Made by a program: the position numbers and the translations under genes | Notes under the pieces: generated by a model | What the model was told of the DNA's origin: nothing | What the model saw: only the letters and a program-made list of their open reading frames with translations | The model's database searches: none | Source: Heteronotia binoei | Taxonomy: Eukaryota | Assembly: GCF_032191835.1 (NCBI RefSeq) | Contig: NC_083237.1 | Coordinates: 42,036,001-42,100,000 of the forward strand | DNA length: 64,000 bases | Direction: 5' to 3' | Part shown: positions 23,607 to 36,065 of the stretch, in pieces | Layout of the letters: every line of letters begins with the position of its first letter | Position numbering within the stretch: position 1 is the first letter of the stretch

Positions 23607-24542
23607 TTACTCTGTTGCCAAGAGACTGTATCTTTTGATTAACTTCTTCATGGAGCTCTTAATTTCTTTGTTCCTCATTGTGTAGATCACTGGGTTTAAC
23701 AAAGGAAAGATCACAGTATGGAAGACAGCAACCACTTTGTCCAAGGGTAAAGGTTCTGAAGGCCGTGTGTAGAGGTAGATGGCTGGGGTGAACATCACAA
23801 AGACAACAATGATATGCGTGACACAGGTGGAGGAGGCTTTACTCCTTCCATGGGATACACTAGTTCCTAACTTGATTAAAAGAATAGCATATGAGATGAG
23901 CAAAAGTATAAAGGCTGTTAATATAACCAGCCCATTGTTGATGAAAGTCAGGACCTCTACTCTGTGAGTATCAGTACAGGCCAACCTGATGACTTGATGG
24001 ACATCACAGAAGAAGTTGTCTAAGATATTGGGTCCACAGAAGGAGAGCTGGTGGGTCATAGTTACAAGGATAATAGCATGAACAAATCCTCCAGTCCATG
24101 ATGCCCCAACCAAGATGCAGCACATGGTTCTGTTTACAAGGTACATGTATTGCAGGGGTCGACATATTGCCACATACCTATCATAGGCCATGGCTATCAG
24201 TAGGAACATCTCACCTGCTCCCAAGAAATGCAAGAAAAAGAGCTGGCACATGCATCCACCATAAGAGATTATTTTGTGCTGGCTAACAAAGTCAGCCAAC
24301 ATCTTTGGTGGTATAACAGAACTGTAGCAGATGTCAAGGAAGGCCAGACTGGCTAGGAAAAAGTACATTGGGGAGTCCAGCTGGTGGTCCATCCAAATGG
24401 TAAGAATTATAAGGATGTTCCCAGGCAGGATCAGTGAGTAGAAGAGAACAAATATGAGAAATAGGATAAACTCGACTTCTTTAACTTGGGATAGTCCTAG
24501 AAGAACAAATTCAGACACACCAGAACTGTTACTCTGTTCCAT
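23607..24542 (-). CDS. Olfactory receptor, family 4-like (OR4N-like), 311 aa, intact
   Basis: PMYFFLASL, MAYDRYVAIC, FFCDV, KASSTCVTH, PLLNPVIYTMRN; start placed at MEQSNSS because an acceptor (ttttggcag) lies 16 nt upstream. Confidence 0.95.
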   Translation of the reverse strand: MEQSNSSGVSEFVLLGLSQVKEVEFILFLIFVLFYSLILPGNILIILTIWMDHQLDSPMYFFLASLAFLDICYSSVIPPKMLADFVSQHKIISYGGCMCQLFFLHFLGAGEMFLLIAMAYDRYVAICRPLQYMYLVNRTMCCILVGASWTGGFVHAIILVTMTHQLSFCGPNILDNFFCDVHQVIRLACTDTHRVEVLTFINNGLVILTAFILLLISYAILLIKLGTSVSHGRSKASSTCVTHIIVVFVMFTPAIYLYTRPSEPLPLDKVVAVFHTVIFPLLNPVIYTMRNKEIKSSMKKLIKRYSLLATE

Positions 24543-25699
24543 GTTGCTGGAGTATACACTGCCAAAACAAAAAAGAACAACAAGACAATAATCAGTACAG
24601 ATCTGCACGTATAAAAAGAAATAACCTTTAAATAGTTCAGCTCAGTTTTATTACATAGGAGCAATGGCTTTTACAAACAATAAAAACATTTAAACATAAA
24701 ATCAGATCAGAGAGTATCAGTTTAATCTGAAACGGAGTTAGAGACTATTCCCTACAACTCATTTGCGTGTATGTAAAGTGCCAGCAAGTCACAGATGACA
24801 TATGGCGACCCCATAAGGTTTTCAAGACAACTGATTTAAGCTGAAGTGGTTTTCTGTTCCCCTCTTCTTCAGAGTTTTCCTTAATGGTCTCCCATCAGTC
24901 TCCAAGAACTGACTAGATCTGGCTGTACTGGACCATTGCACATCCCTCAACCGATTGAGATGGGCTTTAATTATACTTATATAAAAAGTATATGCCTAAC
25001 ATTTCTAAATACTTCCTTAAATGTTCTGGGAAAGAAATTGTTAGTTGAATTTAATCAATAGCCTTTAATTATTAGCAATGCTTCTGATTTGGGGCTATTT
25101 CATTGTTTTTTACAGTTACTATTAGCACATAACTGCAAATTTAAGGAAAACAGCTACATCATTTTAACCAACCCAACCACTTCTTATGATAAACAACATC
25201 AATATTTTACATTTCATAGAACTTGCTCAAGAAAAATATAGATGCTATCTAGATCCAGCAAGTCAAAGAAGGAAACTCCCATAGGTAACTAAACCACACT
25301 CATATGTATGCAGCTCAATAATATTTTTTTTACAGCTTATTAAATTTCATATTTGGTTTTCATACAAGAAAACTTGACTGACTTCAAATTTGATTTTAAA
25401 TTAATTCATCTCCTATATATGGTATTTCACACACACACACACACTATTAAAGGACATGGGGGTATGCTTGATAGCTACCTTAGCAAGGTGTACTATAGTA
25501 CTGTCAGCCTTATGACCTTTGGTAACAGTTTACCTTTCAACTTTTAGCAGATGAACAATCTTAATTTAGATCATCCCTCCTTTTTTTATTATGGTCACTG
25601 TCAGATTTGGAAATCTGTGTTTATGAAACTAAGGTTGGATATCTCAGGGCACAAATAAACAAGAAAGGTGCACACAATTGACTTTAATATTCATATCTC

Positions 25700-25885
25700 A
25701 GAAACTAAGCAGAGTTGGCCCTAATTGATATTTTGAGGGGAGACCACCAAGGAATTCCAGGGTCACTAAGAAGAGGTGGGCATTCGCAAACCTCCTCTGA
25801 ACATCTCTTGCTTTGAAAATCCTACAACCATAAGTCAGCTGTAACCTGACAGCAATCAATCGATCAATCAATCAATCATTCAATG
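25700..25885 (+). mobile_element. 5S rRNA-derived SINE with (atca)n tail
   Basis: Decayed 5S-like head (cagaaactaagcagagttgg...gagaccacc); body shared with the 42528 copy. Confidence 0.7.
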
Positions 25886-26188
25886 GTGTCAGCAATGTAG
25901 GAGTTAGGAATGAGTATGCTGATATTTTTAATGGCAAAAGGAATATAATAAAGCTGGAGTGCTCTTTCAGCACTGATTGTTAAGTTTGAAGTAGTAATAT
26001 ATATGCAGCCATACTAAACATTTGAAAGTGAAGATAAAGAATGGAAAGATTATAAATTGCACTATTGGTTATAGATCCAGGATGGCGTGTGTACTGTGTG
26101 GCCCTTTATATACACATTGTCCAGACATTGGTTTTGGTATAGATTAGAGCAACATCCCCCAGACTTAGCTTGAGTGATTTCTTGTCTT

Positions 26189-26448
26189 NNNNNNNNNNNN
26201 NNNNNNNNNNNNNNNNNNNNNNNNNNNNNNNNNNNNNNNNNNNNNNNNNNNNNNNNNNNNNNNNNNNNNNNNNNNNNNNNNNNNNNNNNNNNNNNNNNNN
26301 NNNNNNNNNNNNNNNNNNNNNNNNNNNNNNNNNNNNNNNNNNNNNNNNNNNNNNNNNNNNNNNNNNNNNNNNNNNNNNNNNNNNNNNNNNNNNNNNNNNN
26401 NNNNNNNNNNNNNNNNNNNNNNNNNNNNNNNNNNNNNNNNNNNNNNNN
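26189..26448. other. Assembly gap (N run)
   Basis: Run of n. Confidence 1.
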
Positions 26449-27242
26449 ACACAATTTCAACTATTGATTGTCAATAAAATACCTTGGCAAATCCAAGTAG
26501 ATTCAAGTCCAGGAGCACTTGAGAGACCAATAAGAGTTTCCTTGGTAAATCCAGCAATTCCTAGTTGGGGTAACACTGTGCTAGCTAAGAGATCCTCAGC
26601 TATGTAGGCTGTGATGGTTGTTTTCCATCTTCACTTTGCATCGTTTTTAAAAGTGAACAATGATAAAATCTGCCTCAAAATAAGTTATATGAATGTTCTT
26701 TAACTGAAAGCTCTCCATTCTACTCACTATAATAGAGGCAGAACTGGTTTCTTTATGTCCATCTGCAAGGCAAATGATCACATAGCACACTCTACAGTAT
26801 GGATCTGTGCAGGGCTTTTATCTGTGCTAAGGTTTCATTTCATGAGAAGGGCAAGTGTTAACAATCTTACCAGATATTCAGTCTATAATATTACTAACTC
26901 CAGTAAGAGTAGTCTAATCAAGTATTTCAGAACCTCAGAATAAGTGTGGTTAACTAGATTCTTATGTGTATACTAGTATCTTCTGGGCGATCTGCCAGCC
27001 AGCCAGTCTTGCCACATACATGGATGAACCCTTTAGCAGATCAGGCACAAGCCACAGCTGAGATTAACTCCCTGAAGATACAAACCGGTTCCAGCCACAG
27101 TAGCTTAGTGTAGGCAAGTCTGTAGACCTACAGACAGGGATTCCATTAGGGCTCTTTCATGTCACCTAGACCAAACTCAGGCATCATATGTAACAAATCT
27201 GAAGAATTTTCTAGCTTGGTGGGTAGCCAAAGTGATCACAGC

Positions 27243-29375
27243 TAGGGATGTGCAAAAAAAAAAAAATTCGGAATTACACGGATTCGGAAGTACACGGGGA
27301 AAAAAAATTCGTATTCCCCATGCACTACTGAATACCGTATTCGGAATAGCCGCATATACGGTAGATGCACGGCTATTACCGAATATACGGCCCTATTATA
27401 CCCTATGGGCCATTGAAATCAATGGCAAATAGGGTATATTTGAAGCCGCCTGGAGGGGGGGGGTTGAGGGAGAGCCCCCAAATTTGCAGGGGACCTGCAG
27501 GGGACTCTCCCCTCCAACCCCCCCAAGTCTCAAAAAGATTGGGCCAGGGGATCCCATTCCAGGGGCACCCAAAGAGGGTGCCCCTATTCCATCATTATAC
27601 CCTATGGGCCATTGAAATCAATGGCAAATAGGGTATAATTGAAGCCACCTGGAGGGGAGGGGGTTTGAGGGAGAGCCCCCAAATTTGCAGGGGACCTGCA
27701 GGGGACTCTCCCCTCCAACCCCCCCAAGTCCCAAAAAGATTGGGCCAGGGGGTCCCTGTCTTTGGGCTCCCCAAAAGGCCCATTGCCAACAATGATGGGG
27801 AAAGCCCAATTAGCCACTTCCTCCACTACAATTGCTGTGTGGAAAGTGGCTCTGGCCAGAGGGGGGTTTGAGGGAGAGGCCCCAAAACTGCAGGGCAGCT
27901 TCAGGGGACTCCCCAGCATGCAACCCCCCTGGCCCCAAAAGACAGCACCCATCTGTGGGCACCCCAAAAGGAACACTGCTCCCAATGGTGAGAAAAAACC
28001 AATTAGAGCCACTTCCTCACTGCAATTGTCATAGGAAAAGTGGCTCTGGGGAGCAGGAGGTTTTGAGGAGAGCCCCCCAAACTGCTGTGCAGCTTCAGGG
28101 CACTGTCCCACACAAAACCCACAAGGCCAAAAAAAAATTGGACCAGGGGGTCCAATTCCTGGGGCACCCAAAGCCAAACCTAACTTCACACCAGAGAATC
28201 TCTGTAGGCCCCAAATGCACTACATCCCTCTATCTAATCTATGAACCCTGCAGGCCTGGCACCAATATAAACCCAGTTGCCAACATCACTGCCACACAAA
28301 ACACAATCTGCTCAAGGTCTGCTCTGCAGACCTGGCTGCAGCAAACCCAGATGCCAGCTCACACCCTCACCAACCCCCACACCAACCAGAGGCAATTTAA
28401 AAAACCAAAACAAAACCAGCAGAATCACAAAAGGCCAAGTGTTAAAAAGTGGCCTTTTCACCAACAAGAAAAGGGGGACAAAAGTGGCCTTTTAAACAAT
28501 GGAAATTAGGCCAAACAGCACCCCCCCCCCAGCACCCAAAGAAAAGAGTAACAGCAGCAGCACAACACAGCACAGCAGCAACAAATCAAACACTGAATAC
28601 TTTTAAAACAGTAAAAAATTAACTTTTAACAATACAGGAACTTTGCCACCCCCTCCCCCCCAAAAAAACCTTCACCCTAACCCCAAGAAATCCAAGCCAC
28701 CCAAATCAGGAGAAGTAAAAGGACACTGCACTTTTAAAAGTCCTCTCACTAAATTAAGATATGGGCAAATTGGCAAACCCCCCCACCCCAGGCCCCCTCC
28801 CCAAGCAGAAACCCCCAAATAAGCTACCCCACCACCACCCAAATCTGGATAAGTAAAGGGACTCTAAGTCTTTAAAAAAAGTCCTTTTACCAACAATAAA
28901 TAAAAACAAGAACCTAAAGAGTGTCTTACCTTGTCTTCTGTAGTCCAGGGAAGTCTGAGTGAGAGAGCTGCAGCTTAAGCGAAGGGCCAGCCAGCCACAC
29001 ACAGCATGGAGGAGTCAGCCAGGAAGGGAAGACTCCTTAGAAAGCCCTTCAAAGCATGCATTTGCAACGCATTTTGCAAATGCATGCTTTGGATTGGCTG
29101 CTGGGGCTCCTCTTCCCCCTCCCCCCCTCCCTGATCCCAGGGAGGTTAAGGTGAAGGCGCCAAAGCAGCTCCTTTGAAGCTCCAGAAGCTAATTGCTGCC
29201 TTTTGAATTGACAGCTGTGTGCTTACGAATAGCTATTTGTAACTACACAGCGAGCCTATTTGGCTGCCGTATAATGGGGGCTTATGGAAGTCGGCTGCAG
29301 GCTATTCCGTATGCAGCCGAATCAGCACTGACTCGGCTGTAAATACGGCTTGGCCGAACCGAATGCACATCCCTA
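27243..29375. mobile_element. Non-autonomous hAT DNA transposon, 2133 bp
   Basis: Perfect 12-bp TIR TAGGGATGTGCA/TGCACATCCCTA; perfect 8-bp TSD ATCACAGC (27235-27242, 29376-29383); no transposase ORF. Confidence 0.95.
27396..28175. repeat. Internal array with a period of about 199 bp inside the hAT element (2 close copies, 2 diverged)
   Basis: ttataccctatgggccattgaaatcaatgg starts at 27396 and 27595; diverged copies near 27860 and 28060. Confidence 0.85.
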
Positions 29376-29639
29376 ATCACAGCCACCAGAATTTTTTTCT
29401 TGCCAAGTTCCCCTGCTCTTGGCAGAAAGGTCCATCGAAGGAAGGGAAAGCTGAAGTGGTTTCAAACCCCAAATCACCCATGGCCTTTCTAGAAAGAAAT
29501 AAGAAGCCCAAGGATTCCAGTTCAAAGGATTCAAAACAGATCATTGCCTGCAGGACAGAATCATGTGCCAATCTTACTCTTTGACTTTCTCCCTCATATA
29601 GTTATCTAGAAGAGAGAACTCAGATAACATTTGTGAACA

Positions 29640-31990
29640 ACATGCAGCATAAACACTTGATTTCTTTGTTTGTTAGTCCAGTCATAAGCATGAAGAAGAC
29701 ATGACTGCTTCTCTCTGGGATGTACATTTTTTAGAGCACTGTCCAGCGGAGGGGGGCAGAAAGTCTTTTGGGAGCAGACGTACGACTGGCGCTGTCATAC
29801 GACTGGCGCCACCGCAGCACAGGGGAGTTCCATGGGCAGGGGGATGCCTGAGCCCAAGCGTGGGCAGAAGTGAGGTGGAGTGTGGCATTCAGGCAGAGGA
29901 GAGAGTGGAGTTGGGGGTGCCGCCAGTCTTAGGCGACTTGCTGAGCAGTTTGGCCTATGACATGCCCCCCCAAGAGGTGGAACTTTATGCCTGCAAAAAT
30001 GGCGGTGTGCCCCATAGGCACTTGTTGAAACCAAAAACAAAGGTCGCCTCCGCCACTGCAGAAGCTCGCAAACCCCTTGGGGAGTGGTGTGATTGCCTTG
30101 CCAACCCCCTTGCGCCTCGGGCTGATGAGCCGCCTCCCCAGTACCCATTCATGGTCTCCCCCCTCCTAGAAATACTTCCACTCTGGCCTCACACAACTCA
30201 GTTGTTAGGGAGAGGAGCATGTGGTGGGAAGTTCTGCCAGTGAGCTCCCGGCCATACAGACTTAGAGTGAGGGACAGGCAGGCACGTTGGTGATGGGTTT
30301 TGCACCTCGCGGTTGCTTTGACAGTATCTTTGACTTGCAAGGGGGAGAGAGAGCTCTCCCTGGGGCTAACTGCTCTTGTTTCCAAGTCTCCACAGGTTCC
30401 GGGCTCCCGGAGGCTCTGCATGCGAGGACTGTTGCCCTGTTGGGTAAATTCCACTATCCCCACTCCAGCCTCCCCTCGCTCTCGACCGCTCGGTGTGCGA
30501 GCATCTCTGGCACTTGGACCAGGCAGTGGGCTCCGGCAGAGGGCATTTGCTGACCCCGCTCCCCTGTGCTGCAGCCTGCTCCTTTCCCTTGGTCTGCCCT
30601 CTGCCACGTTCGCAACTCCTGGCAGGGCATGGTGTGTATGTGTGTGGCAGCTGCCCCGTTGTGAGGAGGTGGGTCAGAGACTGTCCCTTTAAGAGAGCGC
30701 CCAGCTGAAACGCAGCCTGCTCTTCCAGCCACTGCCCCTGCAGGTGCTCTTGACCTTTATCTCCGTTTTGCAGGTGGGACTCCAACACAGAGGCTTCCTC
30801 GTGCGCCGCTCTACCGCCCCCCCCACTCCCTCAGCTGTTTCTGCCTGCCGCTTGGATTGGAGCCCCGCACACAGCGAGACTGTCCAGCGCGCAACAGGGA
30901 GACTGTTGCACTCTGTTCCAGAAGAATAAAATCTGAGCTGTGCCCCCTGTTGTCTCTCCTGTTTGGCATCTGCTGCATGTTCCCTGGACAACCCCCCCAT
31001 CAGTGGCCTCTCTGAGGGAATGTCTGGGAGTGTGGGCAGACTTGATTTTGGAGGGGGGAACGGTCTATGAGCTGCCACACTGCCCCCCGTGTGGCTGGAC
31101 AGGGGAAGGGAGTGCTGCATCTCAGCCTGCCCGGGCTGACAGCCTACCCGATCTCACAGGGCTGTTGTGTGCAGGACACTAAGGCAGTGCTGAAAAAGTG
31201 GACTCAAGAGTTCTGCGGCTGATGCACTCGCACTCTGAGTTCTGCGGCCCCCAGGGGAGGTGTTCTGTGCACATGGCAGGGGGCGTCAGGGCAGCACAGG
31301 GGGTCTCTGGGTGTGGGGGGGTGTCTGCTGCTGGACTGCTCACTCCCAGACACATATTCCAGTCACTGTCTATGACAGCGAACTCCTGCAGTTGGTACTT
31401 CCTGCTTGCCTGCCTGCGATTGGCAGAGTCTCTGACAGCGGGAGAATGTAAGGGGATTGATGGCTTCTACAGGGTCCTGTATAGGCCTGTCTTTCCCCCA
31501 CCTCCACCTCGCCACCAAGGCAGGCTTCTTGTGTGCACATGCCCAGCCTCACTCCTGTTCCCTCCCTATGTTGGTGGGCTGTCTTTCCTTTGCTTGTGCT
31601 GGTCTGCCCATCATTGGCTTCGTTCTCTGTTTGGGGGGTGGATGGGGGATAGCAATCAGCCTCTCTGAGGCTGCCTCTCCCCATCCCTGACTGTCATAAA
31701 CCGCGGCACAAGCGCCAGGACTGGCCAATGGAGTGGGTGGGCTGGCCCTCCCCTCCGGCTGCCTCCGCCTCCCTTCCGTGCCTCCGCTAGCGGTGTTGCC
31801 ATGGAGACCGTCTCCCTCACGGCAAGCTACGCCTCTCTCCTCCCGATGCTCCAGCGTGCCAAAGTCCTCAGGAAGTCTACTAGCGGCACGGCAGCTACGC
31901 CGAGTTTGGTCACCCCTTATCTCTGGATTGGGCTGTTATTCCTCTGGCTTACCAGGATCTCTGTCCTTCCTGGAGTAAGGTCAGGGAAAT
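29640..31990. other. Unidentified GC-rich block (possible retrocopy, captured promoter or unknown repeat)
   Basis: Abrupt GC/CpG increase over the AT-rich background; RFX X-box-like GTTGCCATGGAGAC at 31795-31808; CCAAT at 31725; no recognised domain. Confidence 0.5.
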
Positions 31991-32112
31991 GTGACTCTAT
32001 AATGCTTTACAAAGAATTCATAGATTCCAACCAGCTTTTCAGTTCTAGAAAAAGAAAGGGAGGATCCACTTCAACCATCCTAAAGCTATGCTGCAGCTCA
32101 CAGAGCCTGCAC

Positions 32113-32567
32113 TAGGGTTGCCAGGTCTGACTCAGGACTATGGGAATTGAGAAAAGATATTTTTGGTGTGGAGCCAGGAGCAAAGGTGTGACAAGCATGA
32201 TTGAGCTCTGAAGGGAGTTCTGGCCATAACGTTTAAAGGGATCGTGTTCCTTTTAAATGCCTTCCTTTGGAAATAATGGAGGATGGGGACACCTTTTGGG
32301 ACTCATAGAATAGGACCCCCTGGTTCAATCTTTTTGAAACTTGGGGAGATGTTTGAGAAGAGGCACCAGATGCTATGCCAAAACATTGGTGCCTAAACCA
32401 TAGCCCACTCAGAGCCCCAAAAACCCAATTCTCCACTATACTGGTCCCTATAGGGTATAATGAAGTGCCCAATGAACATTCAGTCCCCTTTTCTGATATT
32501 CTTGAAGTAGGAGAAGGGCCTCCAAACCAGGGGATCACCTGCCACCAAATGGGGATTGGCAATTCTA
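32113..32567. mobile_element. hAT-type MITE (TAGGGTTGCCA TIR)
   Basis: tagggttgcca ... tggcaattcta; flanks gcctgcac / gcctacac (7 of 8 match, TSD). Confidence 0.85.
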
Positions 32568-33039
32568 GCCTACACTGACAAAAGTTGTAGGATGAGGGTT
32601 GCAGTAAGGGTAATATTGGGAAAAGATTAAGGAAAGATGGAGCTAAAAAGCTGGCTGGATTCAACCCCATATATTTTACAAAGGAGTACATCACCTAAAA
32701 TATTATTATACTAGTAATAAAGCCCATTGTGAAGAAAAAGACGGGCTCTAGAAAAAAGCTCTGGGTGAATGCCTTCCTACCATTGCTTCCTTCCCACCCG
32801 CTGAAGTGAAGACATTCACTCCCCCCCTCACATGCACCTCAAGGGGAACTGATCTCTGCCATAGCAATGTTGGTGTTTTTGTGTGGCAAACAGAAGCTGG
32901 TTTTTAGAGGTTTCTGTTTGCTGCACAAAAACACTGATGTTACTGGCAGCCCCTGGCAGATAGCGTGAAATCGGAAGAAAGCCCCACTGAGAAGAGGAAC
33001 ATGAGAGTGGCATAAGGTGAGTGGAAAATCGGCCTGAAT

Positions 33040-33170
33040 GGCAGCAGAGTCTCAAGTAGAGACCTTCCACATTGCCTGTTACCTGATATTTTAAAACTGG
33101 AGATACCAGGGATTGAACATGGGATTTCTGCATGCCAGGAAGATACTTTGGCACTGAGTCCCTTCACAAA
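33040..33170 (-). mobile_element. tRNA-derived SINE fragment
   Basis: B-box-like gttcaatccctgg on minus; a related copy lies near 63180-63300. Confidence 0.55.
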
Positions 33171-35016
33171 GGAGGGTTTCATGCCTCAGTGAATAAGCTA
33201 CATTTATAAATCTGTTTTGCATCCTGAGGCTGCTTTTATGCCTGCAGAGTTCCAGAGCTAAATCTTCTCAGTCACTGGATAAGGCAGCACAAATCCCCCC
33301 AGGATCATAGCCTGGTCAGTAAAGTGACCTTCTTACCATGTACAGAATCACTAACAGTTCACTGCAGCTTTATACTTGCATATATAAAATGCATTGTTCA
33401 AATGACCTAAATGTATCTTTATCAGGAGAGCTTGCCTGTCTTCTGTTTAAATCCTTAATATATAAAAAAAATGTGATGCACAATTACTTTTATTAGTCTA
33501 ATAGGGGAGAACAATTTACAGAGGCAGGTGTGTATATGCAGGACATCAAACCAGAATTCCAATGAGGCAAGAAAGAACATGCATGAATCTATCCATAACC
33601 AGATAGATCAGTAACCATTAACAAACACCAAGCAATGCTACCATAAGGGACACAGAGATACAAGCCTTGTAATAAGTCTCATCTCAACATGTGAGGTTTT
33701 TTTTCCCATTTAATAATGTGCTTTTTTGAAGTCTTGGAGGTGGAGATGAATATGTTGCCAATGGAGAGGAGAAATCTGCTACAGTAAATCTGGACACAGT
33801 TGTGCATGTCTAGTTGTCACCCCCCACCCCCAAATAACTAAACCCATTTGAGCTGTTCAGAGAGAAGTGAACAGTATGCTGAATATTCAAATTCAATTAT
33901 TGCATTTTGAGAGCAGGCTGTGAGCTGAACTATGATATGATTGACCATATTTTGATATGAAGGAGTCTGAGTATAGGATTTCCCCATGATTGAACCTGGT
34001 CAGGGTGAACCTAGAGGACACCTAATAATTCATTAGCTAGGTTCACTTCACTCCCTTGCCTTCATTTAACTGAGGCAGTCTCTATATTGCTACCACTTCA
34101 TATAATTTGATAGTACATAAAATGAAGTTACTGAGGCAGTAGAATTGTGGACTGTATTCCTGCTGAATGAGTGATAGTATGAATAAGCACATAAAATTGC
34201 TTGCAAATTACTTCTAAACAAGCACATCAGGGAGATTTAGCTTGTCTTTTCTTTGGTATGATAATTGATGGAACTGTGTTTTGTGTAGTGGAGAGGTTAA
34301 CCAAGTCTCCAAAACTGCTTGCAAATGCAAAAGTCTGTGGCCATTCCATTATGTTTACTTAACAAAGAATCAATAAATACATAAAGTGTCATTTCTGCAA
34401 TCAGAAAGCCTTTTTGTCATTTATAAAATAATTCTAAGCATGTCTACTCTGAATGCTACTCAAGTCTCTTAATTCCTAGGAAACTGTTCCTAGGATGTCA
34501 CTGTTGATTCCTACAAATCAAAAGAGCACATTCGTTCCATTGATTTGTATGGAACATGTGAAAGGAAATGCAGTCAGAAAAGAAAGGAGGAGGCTCTGCA
34601 CTCAGCTCCCCAGCATCTTTCCATAGCCTGCCCACATCCCCCAAAAGTGTTTAGAAGAAATTTCTGAAACTGTTCCCTATAGATCAGTAGCTCCAAAGTT
34701 ATTCACTGTTCACACAGTGATTGTATTCATTTATATACACTATTTATAGTCCCCATTTCTCAAAAGATATTACAAAACTATTTAAACCCATTAAACAGCA
34801 ATGGAATGAAATAAAAGTAGTAAATAAGAATAACATTAAACTAACAAATCACAATAACACATCTATAAAAAGATTTAAAAGAGAAAACCAATTTTTAAAA
34901 AAACCCTCCAATAATTTCTGTCTTATGCTCCAGAAGAACAGAATTATGATTCCTAACTCCCTCTGGTAAATTCCAAACTCCCTCTTGTAAATTGTTTTAC
35001 TATTAGGAGCTACATA

Positions 35017-35235
35017 TAGGGTTGCCAACTTTGGCTTGGGAAATTCCTGGGGATTTGGGGGTGGTACCTGGGGAGGATTAAGTTTGGGCAGCGGATGTAA
35101 CTATGCAAGAATGTGATACCATAAAGTTTTTCTTCCAAATATTTAATTTCCTTCAGAAGAAAAGATCTCTGTCATCTGCAGATCACTTGTAATTGCTGGA
35201 GTCTTCCAGGCCCTACCTGGAAATCGGCAACCTTA
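35017..35235. mobile_element. hAT-type MITE (TAGGGTTGCCA family)
   Basis: tagggttgccaac ... cggcaacctta; related to the 16872 copy; TSD not evident. Confidence 0.75.
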
Positions 35236-35392
35236 CGGTATAAACAAGACGTGCATGGGCTCTAACAGATTACAATTATCTACAGCAGAGGATTTTCAGG
35301 AAAGCTTCCTCGGCTGAGCGGAGTCGATGCAATTCATTATTGTCCTTTTGGTATGGCAGTAACAAATTGCCCTTGCATCCAGTGAACTCCTG

Positions 35393-35669
35393 GAGAGCCA
35401 GTTTGGTGTAGTGGTTAAGTGTGGTGACTCTTATCTGGGAGAACCAGGTTTGATTCCCCACTCCTCCACTTGCACCTGCTGGAATAGCCTTTGGTTAGCC
35501 ATAGCTATCTCAGAACTGTCTTTGAAAGGGCAGTTTCTGAAAGAGCTCTCTCAGCCCCACCCACCTCAAAGGGTGTCTGTTGTGGGGGAAGAAGATAAAG
35601 GAGATTGTAAGCCACTCTGAGGCTCTGATTCAGAGTGAAGGATGGGGTATAAATCTGCAATTCTTCTTC
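35393..35669 (+). mobile_element. Full-length Squam3/MIR-like tRNA SINE
   Basis: A box TGGTGTAGTGG, B-box-like GGTTTGATTCC, CORE-like body, (ttc)n tail. Confidence 0.85.
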
Positions 35670-35928
35670 TTCTCCTGCTTAAAGTATTAATTTTTTTTTT
35701 TTGCATTACATCAGGTAGAAAGACAAATAATATTAGAGTCTGTACAAAAAATAAACTTACATGCAGTGGGTTGGATCCCATCACACCTTGTCACTCATTC
35801 TCATCCAATTCTTCTCCTTATTGCAATCTATGTTTGTTTGTTTTTTTAAAAAAATACTTTAGATTTATATGCCTCCCATATGGCTTTCGTCTACCCAGGT
35901 CAATGACCTCCAGCATAGCCTTTTTAGT

Positions 35929-35996
35929 GGTCAAAAGGACCATTCCTCCCATTTTCACTAGCGGTCAAAAGGACCATTCCTCCCATTTTCACTAGC
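35929..35996. repeat. Perfect 34-bp tandem duplication
   Basis: ggtcaaaaggaccattcctcccattttcactagc x2. Confidence 0.97.
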
Positions 35997-36065
35997 ATTT
36001 TCACTGACTGAATCCAACCCAATGTTTCAGGAGACAGACATCTTTGTAGTCTTACTAACCATAGA

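Noticed and set aside
26062-26607. ORFs spanning N runs (also 14284-14638)
   Set aside because: Artefacts of assembly gaps.
27602-28509. 195-aa and 225-aa ORFs as hAT transposase
   Set aside because: They translate the internal tandem repeat; no BED finger, DDE or dimerisation motifs.
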